This document shows positions 1 through 9,500 of a stretch of 64,000 nt of DNA, in pieces. A program made the position numbers and the translations under genes. This DNA is from Oscillospiraceae bacterium (lineage in GTDB: Bacteria > Bacillota > Clostridia > Oscillospirales > UBA929): NCBI GenBank assembly GCA_009780275.1, contig WRAI01000008.1:337-64336 (forward strand). Reading direction: 5' to 3'. The stretch's first letter is position 1; each line of letters starts with the position of its first letter. A model generated the notes under the pieces. That model was not told where the DNA came from and did not search any database. It saw only the letters and a program-made list of their open reading frames with translations.

Positions 1-3000
1 TTTTGCCAATATACGCGTCAATGTCGCCGCCATCATTGATAAGCGTGACGCTTGGACGCACATTGTATTTTACCCGAAAAATCCCCGGTCCCTCCGCATT
101 TATGTCATGGTTTGTAAAAGCATGCTTTCGCTCAACGCCGTTTCCGCTGACATCCATCTCCCACCACGGCTCTATTGTTGTTGTGCCCGGTTCAACTTGC
201 GGATTTGCAACAGCGATCGGCGTATCGATTCGCAGCCCATTGCGCGCCATGTTTCCGGTAAAGGTAAAATCCTGTCCGATAGTGATCAGATTGAGATTGG
301 TATGGGGCACAAAAACACCACCTCCGTCACCTGCTGTGTTATCTGCTATGGACCCCACCGTCCCGCTGAATGAACTGTTCTGCATAACATAAATGCCGCC
401 GCCCTGGGCATTCCCCTCTGTTGTGCTGCCCACAGCTTCATTCCCCACAACCCGGCCACTCGTCGGATTCGTGGTTGTACCGCCGGCCTCCATCACAAAT
501 CTTGCACCATTCACGACCACAACGCCGCCGCCTCGTAATGCACGATTGCCGTAGTCGGGGTTTTCGTCTCCAATAATGCCGCCCGTCATTGTGAAGACGC
601 TGCTTGCGCCATTGACACGCACACCGCTCCCCTCTGTGATGGTGCCAGTTCCCGCGCCTGTCACAGGGTCGGTTCTGGCATGACGGTTATTGCGGATCCT
701 ACCGCCGGACATATTGAATATAGTTGCATTAGCCATATTAACGCCTCCGCCCATTGGGGCGCAGTTTTGTTCTATCGTACCACCACTCATGATGAATCTT
801 CCGTCATCAAGAGCCATGCCGCCACCATTCCAAGCTGTGTTCATGCAAATCTCGCCGCCGCTCATGGTAGCACTTGCGTCATCTCCAATATACACGCCAC
901 CACCGTTAGCTTCTATATCTGTGCTTGTATTGCCCTCGATGACACCGCCTGACATATCAAATCTGCTGCCCGCTCCTGATACCCACACACCGCCACCATC
1001 GCTCCGAGCCGTGTTGTCGCGTACAATTCCACCATCAGCTATGTTGAGAATGCTGGCTTGCGTTGACGCATCAGCAAACGCAGGACACTCTACGGCAATG
1101 CCGCCGCCATTGGTCTCGCTGTGATTTCCCGACACGATAACGCCGTCACTGACGTTAGCTGTTCCTCTGCTGATAAACATACCGCCACCATTGCGTGACA
1201 CGACATGGTTCACGATATGGCCACCACGCAGGTTAACGATGCCGCCGCGCACAAACACGCCGCCGCCGTTGCCTCGTTGGAACGACGCTTCGGTTGATGT
1301 TGCCCGGTTTTCGGCAATCATCCCGTCTTCTACAGTAAATGTACCGCCGTCAGCTGCATAGACCGCGCCGCCGTTCCCTGCCACCGTACTGCCTGTAGCA
1401 ATGTTTTCATTTTCGGTGTGGTTACTTTCGATTCTGCCGTTACGCATGGTGAAGTGGCTGTTTTCGCCTGAAACGAACACACCGCCGCCATTGGCCATGT
1501 TAGCGCTGCCGTTTTCCAAATTAAAATTGAAAGGACTGCCTGCGGCCGCAGCCTGATTTTCAATAATCAATCCATTAGTCATGTTGCCACGCCCGCCATT
1601 AGCAATATAGACGCCACCGCCGTTGCCGGCAAACACATCCACACCGGTAGCCGAAGAGTTCAGCACTCTGATGGCTGCATTGCCCTCAACCCTACCACCA
1701 TTCATATTAAAGGTACTGTTCGCGCCCGAAACAAACACACCCCCACCGTTTGACGTGTTTCTTGCGTTATTGGCAGTTACAGCACTGTGGCCTGTCACCG
1801 CCGCCGTAGCAATATTATCACGAATCACCCCGGTGCTCTGCATTGACTGGCTGCCCATGTTAAAGGTAGCGCCGTTGGCCACAAATACACCACCGCCATT
1901 GCCCGCGACCACATTTGACAAGTTGGAAACTCGCACCCGCTCAGCGCGGTTGCCGCTAATTTCGCCGCCATACATATTGAAGATAGCGTTTGTCCCTTGT
2001 GCAAATACACCTCCACCGTTAGATACGACAGTTGCCGTAAGGTTTCCTGTTGCCCCTGGGTCAGCCGCTACAGTTAACCCGGCATAATTTCCGGAAATTA
2101 CACCGTCATGCATCGTGAATGTGCCACCTGTTCGTATGCTTACAGCACCGCCGTTACTCCTTGTCGTTGTCCGATCAACAGAAGCGTCGATAACTGTCCC
2201 GATAGCACGATTATTTCGAATGACGCCGTTATACATGATAAATTGACCGTGTTCGCTTCCATCCGTTCCTATATTGATAGCACCGCCGGCATTTCTGGCT
2301 GTATTACCTTCCAAAACTCCGTCAAACATAACAAATCGAGCCATAGTAGCATCCTGTCCAAGATTTACAGCACCGCCGTTTCCTCTTACACCGGTTTGTG
2401 CAAAATTATTTCCACCTGCTCCTCTAGCAATATTATCTCGAAGAGTTCCTCCATACATAATCAGTGCTCCGGCACCGCGCACATGTACAGCACCACCGGC
2501 AGCTTGCGCATGATTGGAATGGATGAGAGAGCCCGGCATCAAAGTTAATCTGCCACCCCTTTGTACATCTGTCGCGCCGCTGTTATTCGTTGCGGCGTTT
2601 CTGATGACTGCACCCCGGCACATGATAAAGTGACCGCCAGTGTTGCCGGCAGCTCTTGGCTCTATTGCTACACCGCCACCTGAAAAGCCAGCTATTGCAG
2701 TTACATCCCAGTCGATAGGGGCAGGCGGCACCGCCGGAGCGCCTTGTCCGACAGCGGTGGCGCGATATTGCATAACAAAGTTTCGAATCACTAATCCGAA
2801 TTGATTAGGGTTTCCCGGCTCGCCGATGTCATCATGTGCGGCGTCATTGTTCGCGTTGTTTGCACTCCGTACCATAAACGGCCGCGTGTGGCCGGTCGCA
2901 TTGGTAGAAGTGTCGGTGAGCACGATTTGACCCGGTTCATAACTGCGATGCTGCAATAACGTTGCATCGTATTCGCTTTGTGTGATTTCTCCCGCCGCAA

Positions 3001-3676
3001 GACGTGCGTCAAGATCAAAGGTTTCACTGTGACGACCAACCAAAACAACTGTTGCCCCGCTGCGAACCTCTACTCTGCTGGCAGCGCCGACATTTCCTGT
3101 ATTGATATGGCTCGGGATGATGACATATGTAACTGTGTTTGCAGTCGCTGCCGCTGTAATTGCGTTCAGCACCCTTGTATAAATAGTGTTTGCCGGGGTA
3201 GGAGCAATCTCAACAATGCGATAGTTTGTTTCTCTGGCATACCAGATGCGCGGATCATCTATCTCTTCCTGTGTAAATAAGTCATGCACAGTCAGCGATG
3301 CTCGCAGAAGACCGGGTAGAGCCTCGTCCCGCGACTCTACAGAGAGGGCGTCTTCTATGGAACCATCGTGTCCTGCATCATTTTCATTACTTTCTTCGGT
3401 TTGCTTTCCATCTAGGTCATTTTTTTCAAGTTCCGTTTTACTTTCGACCTCTTCTTCACTAATTTCACTTTCTATGAACTCGCTTTCAACTTCGTCGCTC
3501 TCATATAACTCATAGTCGTCATGTATAGCATTATCGCTATCGTCGCTACTATTAATAATATTATCTCCATAGGTCGTACCTATAAAACTCACAAAAATGA
3601 GATTTATAGCCAAAAAAAGAGCCAGAACACTGAGCAAATAAAATCTTTTTTTTCTTTTTTCATTTGGGAAATACAT
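1..3676 (-). CDS. Very large secreted/cell-surface beta-helix repeat protein (Pmp/PbH1-like); N-terminus in window, C-terminus beyond position 1
   Basis: Manual translation of the minus strand from ATG at 3676 (RBS AAGGAG 6 nt upstream) stays open to position 1, so the ORF track does not list it. It has an N-terminal K-rich hydrophobic anchor (MYFPNEKRKKRFYLLSVLALFLAINLIFV), an acidic D/E/S tract, then dozens of ~25-30 aa repeats of the form NGGGV(F/Y)(V/I)..G..F.M.GG.I..N.A. Confidence 0.8.
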   Translation of the reverse strand, partial: MYFPNEKRKKRFYLLSVLALFLAINLIFVSFIGTTYGDNIINSSDDSDNAIHDDYELYESDEVESEFIESEISEEEVESKTELEKNDLDGKQTEESNENDAGHDGSIEDALSVESRDEALPGLLRASLTVHDLFTQEEIDDPRIWYARETNYRIVEIAPTPANTIYTRVLNAITAAATANTVTYVIIPSHINTGNVGAASRVEVRSGATVVLVGRHSETFDLDARLAAGEITQSEYDATLLQHRSYEPGQIVLTDTSTNATGHTRPFMVRSANNANNDAAHDDIGEPGNPNQFGLVIRNFVMQYRATAVGQGAPAVPPAPIDWDVTAIAGFSGGGVAIEPRAAGNTGGHFIMCRGAVIRNAATNNSGATDVQRGGRLTLMPGSLIHSNHAQAAGGAVHVRGAGALIMYGGTLRDNIARGAGGNNFAQTGVRGNGGAVNLGQDATMARFVMFDGVLEGNTARNAGGAINIGTDGSEHGQFIMYNGVIRNNRAIGTVIDASVDRTTTRSNGGAVSIRTGGTFTMHDGVISGNYAGLTVAADPGATGNLTATVVSNGGGVFAQGTNAIFNMYGGEISGNRAERVRVSNLSNVVAGNGGGVFVANGATFNMGSQSMQSTGVIRDNIATAAVTGHSAVTANNARNTSNGGGVFVSGANSTFNMNGGRVEGNAAIRVLNSSATGVDVFAGNGGGVYIANGGRGNMTNGLIIENQAAAAGSPFNFNLENGSANMANGGGVFVSGENSHFTMRNGRIESNHTENENIATGSTVAGNGGAVYAADGGTFTVEDGMIAENRATSTEASFQRGNGGGVFVRGGIVNLRGGHIVNHVVSRNGGGMFISRGTANVSDGVIVSGNHSETNGGGIAVECPAFADASTQASILNIADGGIVRDNTARSDGGGVWVSGAGSRFDMSGGVIEGNTSTDIEANGGGVYIGDDASATMSGGEICMNTAWNGGGMALDDGRFIMSGGTIEQNCAPMGGGVNMANATIFNMSGGRIRNNRHARTDPVTGAGTGTITEGSGVRVNGASSVFTMTGGIIGDENPDYGNRALRGGGVVVVNGARFVMEAGGTTTNPTSGRVVGNEAVGSTTEGNAQGGGIYVMQNSSFSGTVGSIADNTAGDGGGVFVPHTNLNLITIGQDFTFTGNMARNGLRIDTPIAVANPQVEPGTTTIEPWWEMDVSGNGVERKHAFTNHDINAEGPGIFRVKYNVRPSVTLINDGGDIDAYIGK

Positions 3677-3908
3677 TGAAACTTCTCCTTTCATTACATA
3701 ACGGATACATTTCAATTATACTTTTTTCATAGAGTAATACTACACCCAAAAGGATAAAAAATATCAAAAAAATCGCATCATCGACATTTCACTTGCAGCA
3801 TCTTCCGACAGCCAAACCTTGAAAAGCGGCACAGAATGCACACCATGCGACTTTTTTATTATAGTCTAGAGTCAAGTTTTCTACTGTCGACTCGTCTGCC
3901 AATTCTTC

Positions 3909-3937
3909 TTGACAACCCAATAAATCAATGCTATACT
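3909..3937 (+). promoter_or_regulatory. Sigma-A type promoter for tRNA-Pro (TTGACA-17 nt-TATACT)
   Basis: TTGACA at 3909-3914, 17-nt spacer, TATACT at 3932-3937, about 65 nt upstream of the tRNA. Confidence 0.55.
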
Positions 3938-4004
3938 GCTTTATCAGACAAGCATTACCGTTGAGGGGTAGAAGTCAGACGCCCTCATATTCTAAGCTAA
4001 AAAT

Positions 4005-4081
4005 CGAGGTGTGGCTCAGCTTGGTAGAGCGCTGCGTTCGGGACGCAGAGGCCGCAGGTTCAAATCCTGTCACCTCGACCA
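4005..4081 (+). tRNA. tRNA-Pro (anticodon CGG), CCA encoded
   Basis: A cloverleaf can be drawn by hand: acceptor CGAGGTG/CACCTCG, D arm GCTC/GAGC, anticodon stem CTGCG/CGCAG with loop TTCGGGA, T arm GCAGG-TTCAAAT-CCTGT, then ACCA. Confidence 0.93.
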
Positions 4082-4082
4082 T
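4066..4082 (+). repeat. attL core (17 bp, overlaps tRNA-Pro 3' end)
   Basis: Identical to 12506-12522. Confidence 0.9.
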
Positions 4083-4133
4083 GATTCCCTCAACACGTTG
4101 CGACACAACGATTACGGCGATTACAGAACGCTC

Positions 4134-4154
4134 CGTAACACATTCGTAACACAT
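4134..4154 (+). repeat. Tandem CGTAACACAT motifs (11-bp phase), candidate arm-type recombinase sites at the left end
   Basis: CGTAACACAT at 4134-4143 and 4145-4154. The same motif recurs at 12359-12368, with a degenerate copy at 12370-12379 at the right end. Confidence 0.45.
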
Positions 4155-4177
4155 AAAAATCGATTGCTTGTACAACG

Positions 4178-4206
4178 AACGACACCTCAAATCGGGTGTC
4201 GTTTTT
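4178..4206 (+). terminator. Rho-independent terminator just inside attL
   Basis: AACGACACC / GGTGTCGTT 9-bp stem, 8-nt loop, T-run. Confidence 0.6.
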
Positions 4207-4489
4207 GTTTGTGTACATATGTTCGCATTGTGTGATGTCGATTGATTTCCCAATTGTCATTCGTGCATAAAATCACCCATTATATTATACCATTTTCGAT
4301 TTTAATTGCGTTCGCCATTGCACCCAATTCACACATCATCTACAACCGTCAAAATCAACCGCTAACTGATGAAAACAATGTTTGCAATGTCAACTATGCG
4401 TTCGATTGAAATGCTGTAAAACTGCGAATTTCTGTGTTATGCCGTGAATGCAAAAAATGAACCCATTACGGATTCATTTCATTGCATTA

Positions 4490-4753
4490 TCAAATATGGT
4501 ATTCGGTGTTGTCATGGTCAACATTTGAAATTAAATCATCAATTTTGACACCCAACACAATCGAAATTTTATATAACGTGCGAACTGACATTGTGAATTT
4601 ATCATTGTTGCTTTCAAGTCGTCTGATATAATCATGTGACAAATCAACGAGTTCAGATAATTCTGCCGCAGTCATTTTTATTTGTTTACGATAACGTTTG
4701 ATGTTTTTGCGAATGGTCAAATATATGTCATCATCGAAATCAAATGTACGCAT
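4490..4753 (-). CDS. XRE-family helix-turn-helix regulator (element repressor candidate)
   Basis: 87 aa with an HTH_3-like segment (MTAAELSELVDLSHDYIRRLESN). It is divergent from the cargo gene. Confidence 0.75.
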   Translation of the reverse strand: MRTFDFDDDIYLTIRKNIKRYRKQIKMTAAELSELVDLSHDYIRRLESNNDKFTMSVRTLYKISIVLGVKIDDLISNVDHDNTEYHI

Positions 4754-4905
4754 TGATTATCACCCCACGTTAATTGTACATAAATCAACAAAGGGTGTAT
4801 GTGACTGTGCAGGTCACAAAAATTTGACACACGCCCAAAATCATGTTACCATGTCATTGTCGAAATCGACAAAATATGTAAAAATGACAAGGAGAAACAC
4901 GATTT

Positions 4906-6657
4906 ATGAAAAAGCGGATTTTATCACTGGCACTTGCAATGTTGATGATGTTTTCATTGACAGGTGCGATGTTGACAACGGGGGCGAATGGTGCGATTTC
5001 AAGCATTACATATATTCCAAATCAAATTGCAAATTTCACGATTGAAAATATTGAATTATTTGGCGGACAAATTGATGAAGTCGCACAAGGACAATCGCAT
5101 ACAATTCGTGGAATTGCACCATTTATTCACAATGAAGGACACGAATTTTACGCATGGGGAATTCGTATGATGAACATGGAAACATTTCAATTTGAATGGA
5201 TTGAATTTTTTTATGAGGGTCAAGTCATCACGTTAGGGCAAGACGAATTTGCTGAACGTCATATGATAACAATAATGCCTGTATGGGTACCCGAAAATCA
5301 AAATCCGCCCGAATTAGCAAATGTTTGCACGATTACAGGTCAACTTCCATGTAATTGCGATGTTTTCGTTTGTGACGTTTGTGGTAGAGGTGATTGTGCT
5401 TGCTGTGATGATTGCAATGAATTTCCTTGCGTTTGCGAACCTGTTTTTTGTCCAGATTGCTATTGGAATCCATGTATTTGTGATGTCGAACGCACAGTAT
5501 GGGATTATGACGCAAGAGCAAACGCAAATTCATGGGCGAGAGATTACATAGAAACGGCATGGGATTTTAATATGCTGTCAAGTCGTGTATTGCAAAATAA
5601 CACATGGCAAGCAGGAATTTCACGTTTACACATTGCAGACATTGCTGCACGGTTTATCGAGCATTATACAAATATGACAATCAATGAATTCATTGATTCG
5701 CTTGACGATGATGATTTATACGAAATTCCCGATTTATATGACATTGCAAATTTGTATGAGTTTGATAGTGATGCGTATGCGATGGTTCGATTGGGCATTT
5801 TTCGGGGTTCGCAGTCATATCGTTGGACGGGTTTGCAATTTAGGGCAAATGATTTAATCACACGACAAGAAGCGTCAACATTATTGGGGCGTTTAGTTTC
5901 GTTATTTTGTGGTGCAATTCCGTCGAACATTACAAACGAACAATTGCCGTTTGAGGAAAATTTGCCGTCGTGGGCAAGAAATTATATTCATTTTTTGTAC
6001 AATCAGCAACCGACTCGAATAATGGGAAATACATGCTCACAGGGCGGATATTTATTTCGACCGTTGATGACATTTCCGACACAACAAATGACGATTGCCG
6101 TTGTACGGACATTGAATACATTGTGTGATTTCGGAAATTGTGAATGTGTAATTGACGTTGAACCGCAGACAAAAACAATTTATGTAATTCGTGAAACTTT
6201 TGGCACAACAAATACACAGGCATTTGAAAATTATCAAGCAATGCGGAATGTATTTGACAATGGAAATTTTGCGACATATACGGCGGTTGAGGTTACATGG
6301 CATAGTAGATTTACAGATAACAGCGGAAATTTTGTATTAGAGAATGTTTGGGTTGGTCAAGAAGTTTGGGGTTGGTTAGCAGGAAGTCATGTTTCGGCAG
6401 TTTGGAATGGCAACGAGGGTGCGAGTTTTGATAGGGGTTCAAAAATGGTAGGAGGAATTAGCAATGGGTGGGCAAGAAATAAAGCATTTGGAACAGAGCA
6501 AGCGTTATGGGATTTTATCGAAGGCGATGAAAATTGGGCACATGAAAATCGTTCAACAGGTTGGGGATTTAGAAAATTTTATTTAGTCAACGGTATATGG
6601 ACAACAGGCGATTCAACATGGAGTGGTTTTGATGGGGATTTGATTGTGAGTGCATAA
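4906..6657 (+). CDS. Secreted surface protein: signal peptide, Cys-rich module, three SLH-like repeats, Trp-rich C-terminal domain
   Basis: 583 aa. Signal peptide MKKRILSLALAMLMMFSLTGA. About 50 aa carry ~16 Cys (CNCDVFVCDVCGRGDCACCDDCNEFPCVCEPVFCPDCYWNPCICD). Three SLH-like segments are present (SWARDYIETAW...ISRLHIADIAARF; AMVRLGIFRG...ITRQEASTLLGRL; SWARNYIHFLY...). Confidence 0.65.
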   Translation: MKKRILSLALAMLMMFSLTGAMLTTGANGAISSITYIPNQIANFTIENIELFGGQIDEVAQGQSHTIRGIAPFIHNEGHEFYAWGIRMMNMETFQFEWIEFFYEGQVITLGQDEFAERHMITIMPVWVPENQNPPELANVCTITGQLPCNCDVFVCDVCGRGDCACCDDCNEFPCVCEPVFCPDCYWNPCICDVERTVWDYDARANANSWARDYIETAWDFNMLSSRVLQNNTWQAGISRLHIADIAARFIEHYTNMTINEFIDSLDDDDLYEIPDLYDIANLYEFDSDAYAMVRLGIFRGSQSYRWTGLQFRANDLITRQEASTLLGRLVSLFCGAIPSNITNEQLPFEENLPSWARNYIHFLYNQQPTRIMGNTCSQGGYLFRPLMTFPTQQMTIAVVRTLNTLCDFGNCECVIDVEPQTKTIYVIRETFGTTNTQAFENYQAMRNVFDNGNFATYTAVEVTWHSRFTDNSGNFVLENVWVGQEVWGWLAGSHVSAVWNGNEGASFDRGSKMVGGISNGWARNKAFGTEQALWDFIEGDENWAHENRSTGWGFRKFYLVNGIWTTGDSTWSGFDGDLIVSA

Positions 6658-6770
6658 TCACAACACGCACAATCCACAGTAGAACCGTTTAGTTCATATG
6701 TGAACATGATAACGTGTTGACGATGTGGATAATCGGTTAAACCGCAGAATTAGCGGTCACAATGATAAAT

Positions 6771-6808
6771 AAAAACGCAATGTCGATTTTGTCAACATTG
6801 CGTTTTTT
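6771..6808. terminator. Bidirectional hairpin terminator between convergent element genes
   Basis: AACGCAATGT / ACATTGCGTT 10-bp stem flanked by an A-run and a T-run. Confidence 0.65.
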
Positions 6809-6836
6809 GTGTTCAAAGGAAAATAAAATTTAATAA

Positions 6837-7199
6837 TTATGCAGATTTTTTGATTTCATACGTTTTGTTACAATGATTCATAAATTGATACATTGCATGA
6901 GTAACAATGTTCGTACAATGCACGATTGCAAAAAATATGTCATCATGCAAATCACCAACGTGTTTATTATGTTTTTGTTGATAGATTTCATCAGCGTGTT
7001 TCAATGCGTTTGCAATAATCGAATATGACAATTGATTGTGTTTTTCATTGTATGCAATTAAATCACACGTGCAACGAATGTCATTGCATTTTTCGTCATC
7101 ACGGTTTTTTGATTCGTGATACAATTTCATCATTTCGTTGATGTCGTTTTGCATTTGAGTTTGTGCAGATTTCGAGAGATTTTTGTTTGTATTATTCAT
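6837..7199 (-). CDS. Hypothetical protein (His/Cys-rich, 120 aa)
   Basis: Clean ORF with an upstream RBS region. No recognisable motif. Confidence 0.5.
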   Translation of the reverse strand: MNNTNKNLSKSAQTQMQNDINEMMKLYHESKNRDDEKCNDIRCTCDLIAYNEKHNQLSYSIIANALKHADEIYQQKHNKHVGDLHDDIFFAIVHCTNIVTHAMYQFMNHCNKTYEIKKSA

Positions 7200-7432
7200 T
7201 TGATAATACTCCTTTTTAATGTAAATTTCGTTGATTTCTCAACGATTTATTATGTATATATTATAACATAAAATCAAGCAAAAGTATATGATTTTTGAAA
7301 AGAAAAATAAAGTCGCAAACGCAGACAGCACAAGGTGTTCAGAGGGTCGAGAGGATTATTTTTCAGAAAGTTTTGATATTGTTTTTTGGTTCGCAAAATG
7401 CGGGCAAATTTTATTACAAAGAGGTATTAAAT

Positions 7433-7672
7433 ATGCAGGTGCAATTACAAGGAATTAGAGCATTAGATTTCAAATCAGACAATGGCGAAAATGTCAAAGG
7501 CACACAGTTATTTGTTACATACAATGATGAGAGTGTAAACGGTTTAATGACGGATAAAATTTTCGTCAAACAAGAAGTTCAAATTCCGCAAGGAATCAAA
7601 CAAAACGACATTTTGAATTTGATGTTCAATAACAAGGGAAAAGTCATCGCAATCAGTCAAGCGAAACAATAA
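7433..7672 (+). CDS. Hypothetical small protein (79 aa)
   Basis: ATG at 7433 follows AAAGAGG. The longer track ORF starting at 7295 lacks an RBS. A terminator hairpin follows at 7675-7706. Confidence 0.5.
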   Translation: MQVQLQGIRALDFKSDNGENVKGTQLFVTYNDESVNGLMTDKIFVKQEVQIPQGIKQNDILNLMFNNKGKVIAISQAKQ

Positions 7673-7722
7673 CGAAAAAATGGGCGATTTATTTCGCCCA
7701 TTAAATTTATGAGGAGCATTTT

Positions 7723-8232
7723 ATGAGCAACAAACAAATTAAACAAGTCAAGTTCGGCGCTGTCATTGGTTACATGATTATCATGTTCGCAGTATTTCGC
7801 AGATTTAGCGGTTTTCATATATTCGATGATGTTCGTATCGGAACATTGCCAATTATCGCATTACACGTCATTCTAACGGCGCTCGCTATCGTTGTATTGT
7901 TCGTTATGATTTATGTGTTCGCAACAAATCATTTCGCACGAAAAGCAATACAGGATAAAATCACAAATACGGCGTGTTTGAAAGAGATAACAACGGCAAA
8001 ATTGATTTCGTATAAATTATCAAATACGGATTACGTCACGTTGGCATTTCGTGCGGAGGGTGTTTCCAAAGATGTATGGGAATCGAAACGCAATGCGATT
8101 CAATCGGCAATCAATTATACAATCATTGGAGATATAGAATATTCAAAAAATTGTTGGTCGGTCGTTTATTTCAACGCACGAAAAGGACGGACAAAATCAA
8201 ATCAAGCGAGGTTAGTTGAGAATGATGTTTAA
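7723..8232 (+). CDS. Membrane protein (2-3 TM), probable anchor partner of the FtsK-like ATPase
   Basis: 169 aa with hydrophobic helices (FGAVIGYMIIMFAVF; LPIIALHVILTALAIVVLFVMIYVF). Its 3' end overlaps the next gene. Confidence 0.6.
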   Translation: MSNKQIKQVKFGAVIGYMIIMFAVFRRFSGFHIFDDVRIGTLPIIALHVILTALAIVVLFVMIYVFATNHFARKAIQDKITNTACLKEITTAKLISYKLSNTDYVTLAFRAEGVSKDVWESKRNAIQSAINYTIIGDIEYSKNCWSVVYFNARKGRTKSNQARLVENDV

Positions 8233-8965
8233 TGTTGGATATGATTTGCAAGCATGGAATGATTACAGCGAGAAAAAATACATTACGGCAGATATTTCAT
8301 CAAGCACAAATTCACAAACAGTCATTTGTGGCATGAGCGGAAGTGGTAAGTCATATTTTTTGAATCAGTTATTTGCAAAATTAGTCAAGGCAGAACCCAA
8401 CGGCGAATTTTATTTTGCAGATTTCAAAGGCGATGATTCATTTGCCCATTTAAGGGATTGCAAAAATTATTATTCGTACAAGAACACAATCAAAGCGTTA
8501 GACATTGTGCATGAGAAGTTACAGCAACGAATGAGCGGTATAGATAAATCAAGAAATCAAATAACGTTAATTTTTGATGAGTATGTAGCGAATATTTTAT
8601 CGTTGTTGAATGAATACAAGAAACACGCCCAAGCAGTAATGAATAAAGTATCAGAATTATTGATGATGGGTCGTTCAATGTGTGTTCGATTGATTGTTTC
8701 ATGCCAGCGTCCCGATGCCGCCGTTTTCAATTTTGGTTCAAGATTGAATTATGAAATTTGCATTATTTTAGGTAAGTTTAACAAATCAATTTATGATATG
8801 TTAATGCCGGAACACATCGACGCCGTCAAAATGAAAATTGACAATCATAATTTCGGTTGTGGCGAGGGTTCGTGCGTAATTGGTTCAGATTTGCATTTTA
8901 TCAAAGTTGGCGAAGTTGAAAACATGGAAAATATAAAGAGAATTTGCAAGCAAGCGTTATCATAA
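8222..8965 (+). CDS. FtsK/SpoIIIE (TcpA-like) DNA translocase ATPase domain protein
   Basis: Walker A GMSGSGKS, Walker B LIFDEY, and an FtsK-type LIVSCQRPD motif. The start is ambiguous between 8216 and 8225. Confidence 0.75.
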   Translation: MMFNVGYDLQAWNDYSEKKYITADISSSTNSQTVICGMSGSGKSYFLNQLFAKLVKAEPNGEFYFADFKGDDSFAHLRDCKNYYSYKNTIKALDIVHEKLQQRMSGIDKSRNQITLIFDEYVANILSLLNEYKKHAQAVMNKVSELLMMGRSMCVRLIVSCQRPDAAVFNFGSRLNYEICIILGKFNKSIYDMLMPEHIDAVKMKIDNHNFGCGEGSCVIGSDLHFIKVGEVENMENIKRICKQALS

Positions 8966-8984
8966 TTTTAGAAAACGATATTAT

Positions 8985-9016
8985 AACACGTTCAGATTTT
9001 GAGCGTGTTTTTTTGT
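8985..9016 (+). terminator. Terminator after the FtsK-like gene
   Basis: AACACG...CGTGTT stem followed by T7. Confidence 0.5.
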
Positions 9017-9119
9017 TGCGGTAGAACACAGAATTTTGCGGTTTAACAGATTGGTTCATGTGTTGTCATGGTTGTGTATTGATTGCGAAAATTAGCAAGT
9101 GTGCCGCAGATTTTCAGAT

Positions 9120-9260
9120 GTCACAATGTCACAGAGGTAATAAGAAATTATAGCGTTTTGGGGTTCGTCATGTTGTATAAAATGAGGGTCAAAAGTGGTT
9201 GAAGTTTGTGCAATTTGACGGACGATTTCGGGCGGTTTTTCGAGTTGAAATAGTATAATA
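9120..9260 (+). repeat. Copy A of a bipartite repeated module (GTCACA..GTCACAGAGGTAATAAGAAATTATA ... GGGCGGTTTTTCGAGTTGAAATAGTATAATA)
   Basis: Near-identical blocks recur at 10641-10671 and 10713-10743, so the module brackets rep. Confidence 0.7.
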
Positions 9261-9500
9261 GGAGTATATAAATAATCAAATTAAAGGAGAAAAATTTTTA
9301 TGGGATTTACATAACGATAAAAGATTTTGCGTGAGGGTACGCAAATCGTGCGAAGCGATTGAATTGGATTACTACATTCAATACATAGGTGTTTTGTGAC
9401 ACATTTAGAAAGTCACAGATATAAAGTTCACAAGTTCACATTGAAAACAATATGCACAATTTTATGTGCAAATAAAATAACGTAAAGGATACTATAAAAA

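Noticed and set aside
3-2548. Plus-strand ORFs (129-154 aa) rich in TPPP/PPL motifs.
   Set aside because: They are the antisense shadow of the minus-strand NGGGV repeat gene, which is open across the whole region and has an RBS and signal sequence. They have no RBSs and their composition is low-complexity.
9251-9260. TAGTATAAT in the duplicated module resembles the CRESS nonanucleotide TAGTATTAC.
   Set aside because: It is not in the loop of any stem in either copy. The conserved downstream SD and ATG arrangement argues the module is a promoter/5'-UTR. The hairpin at 9359-9381 is a better, though still speculative, nick-site candidate.
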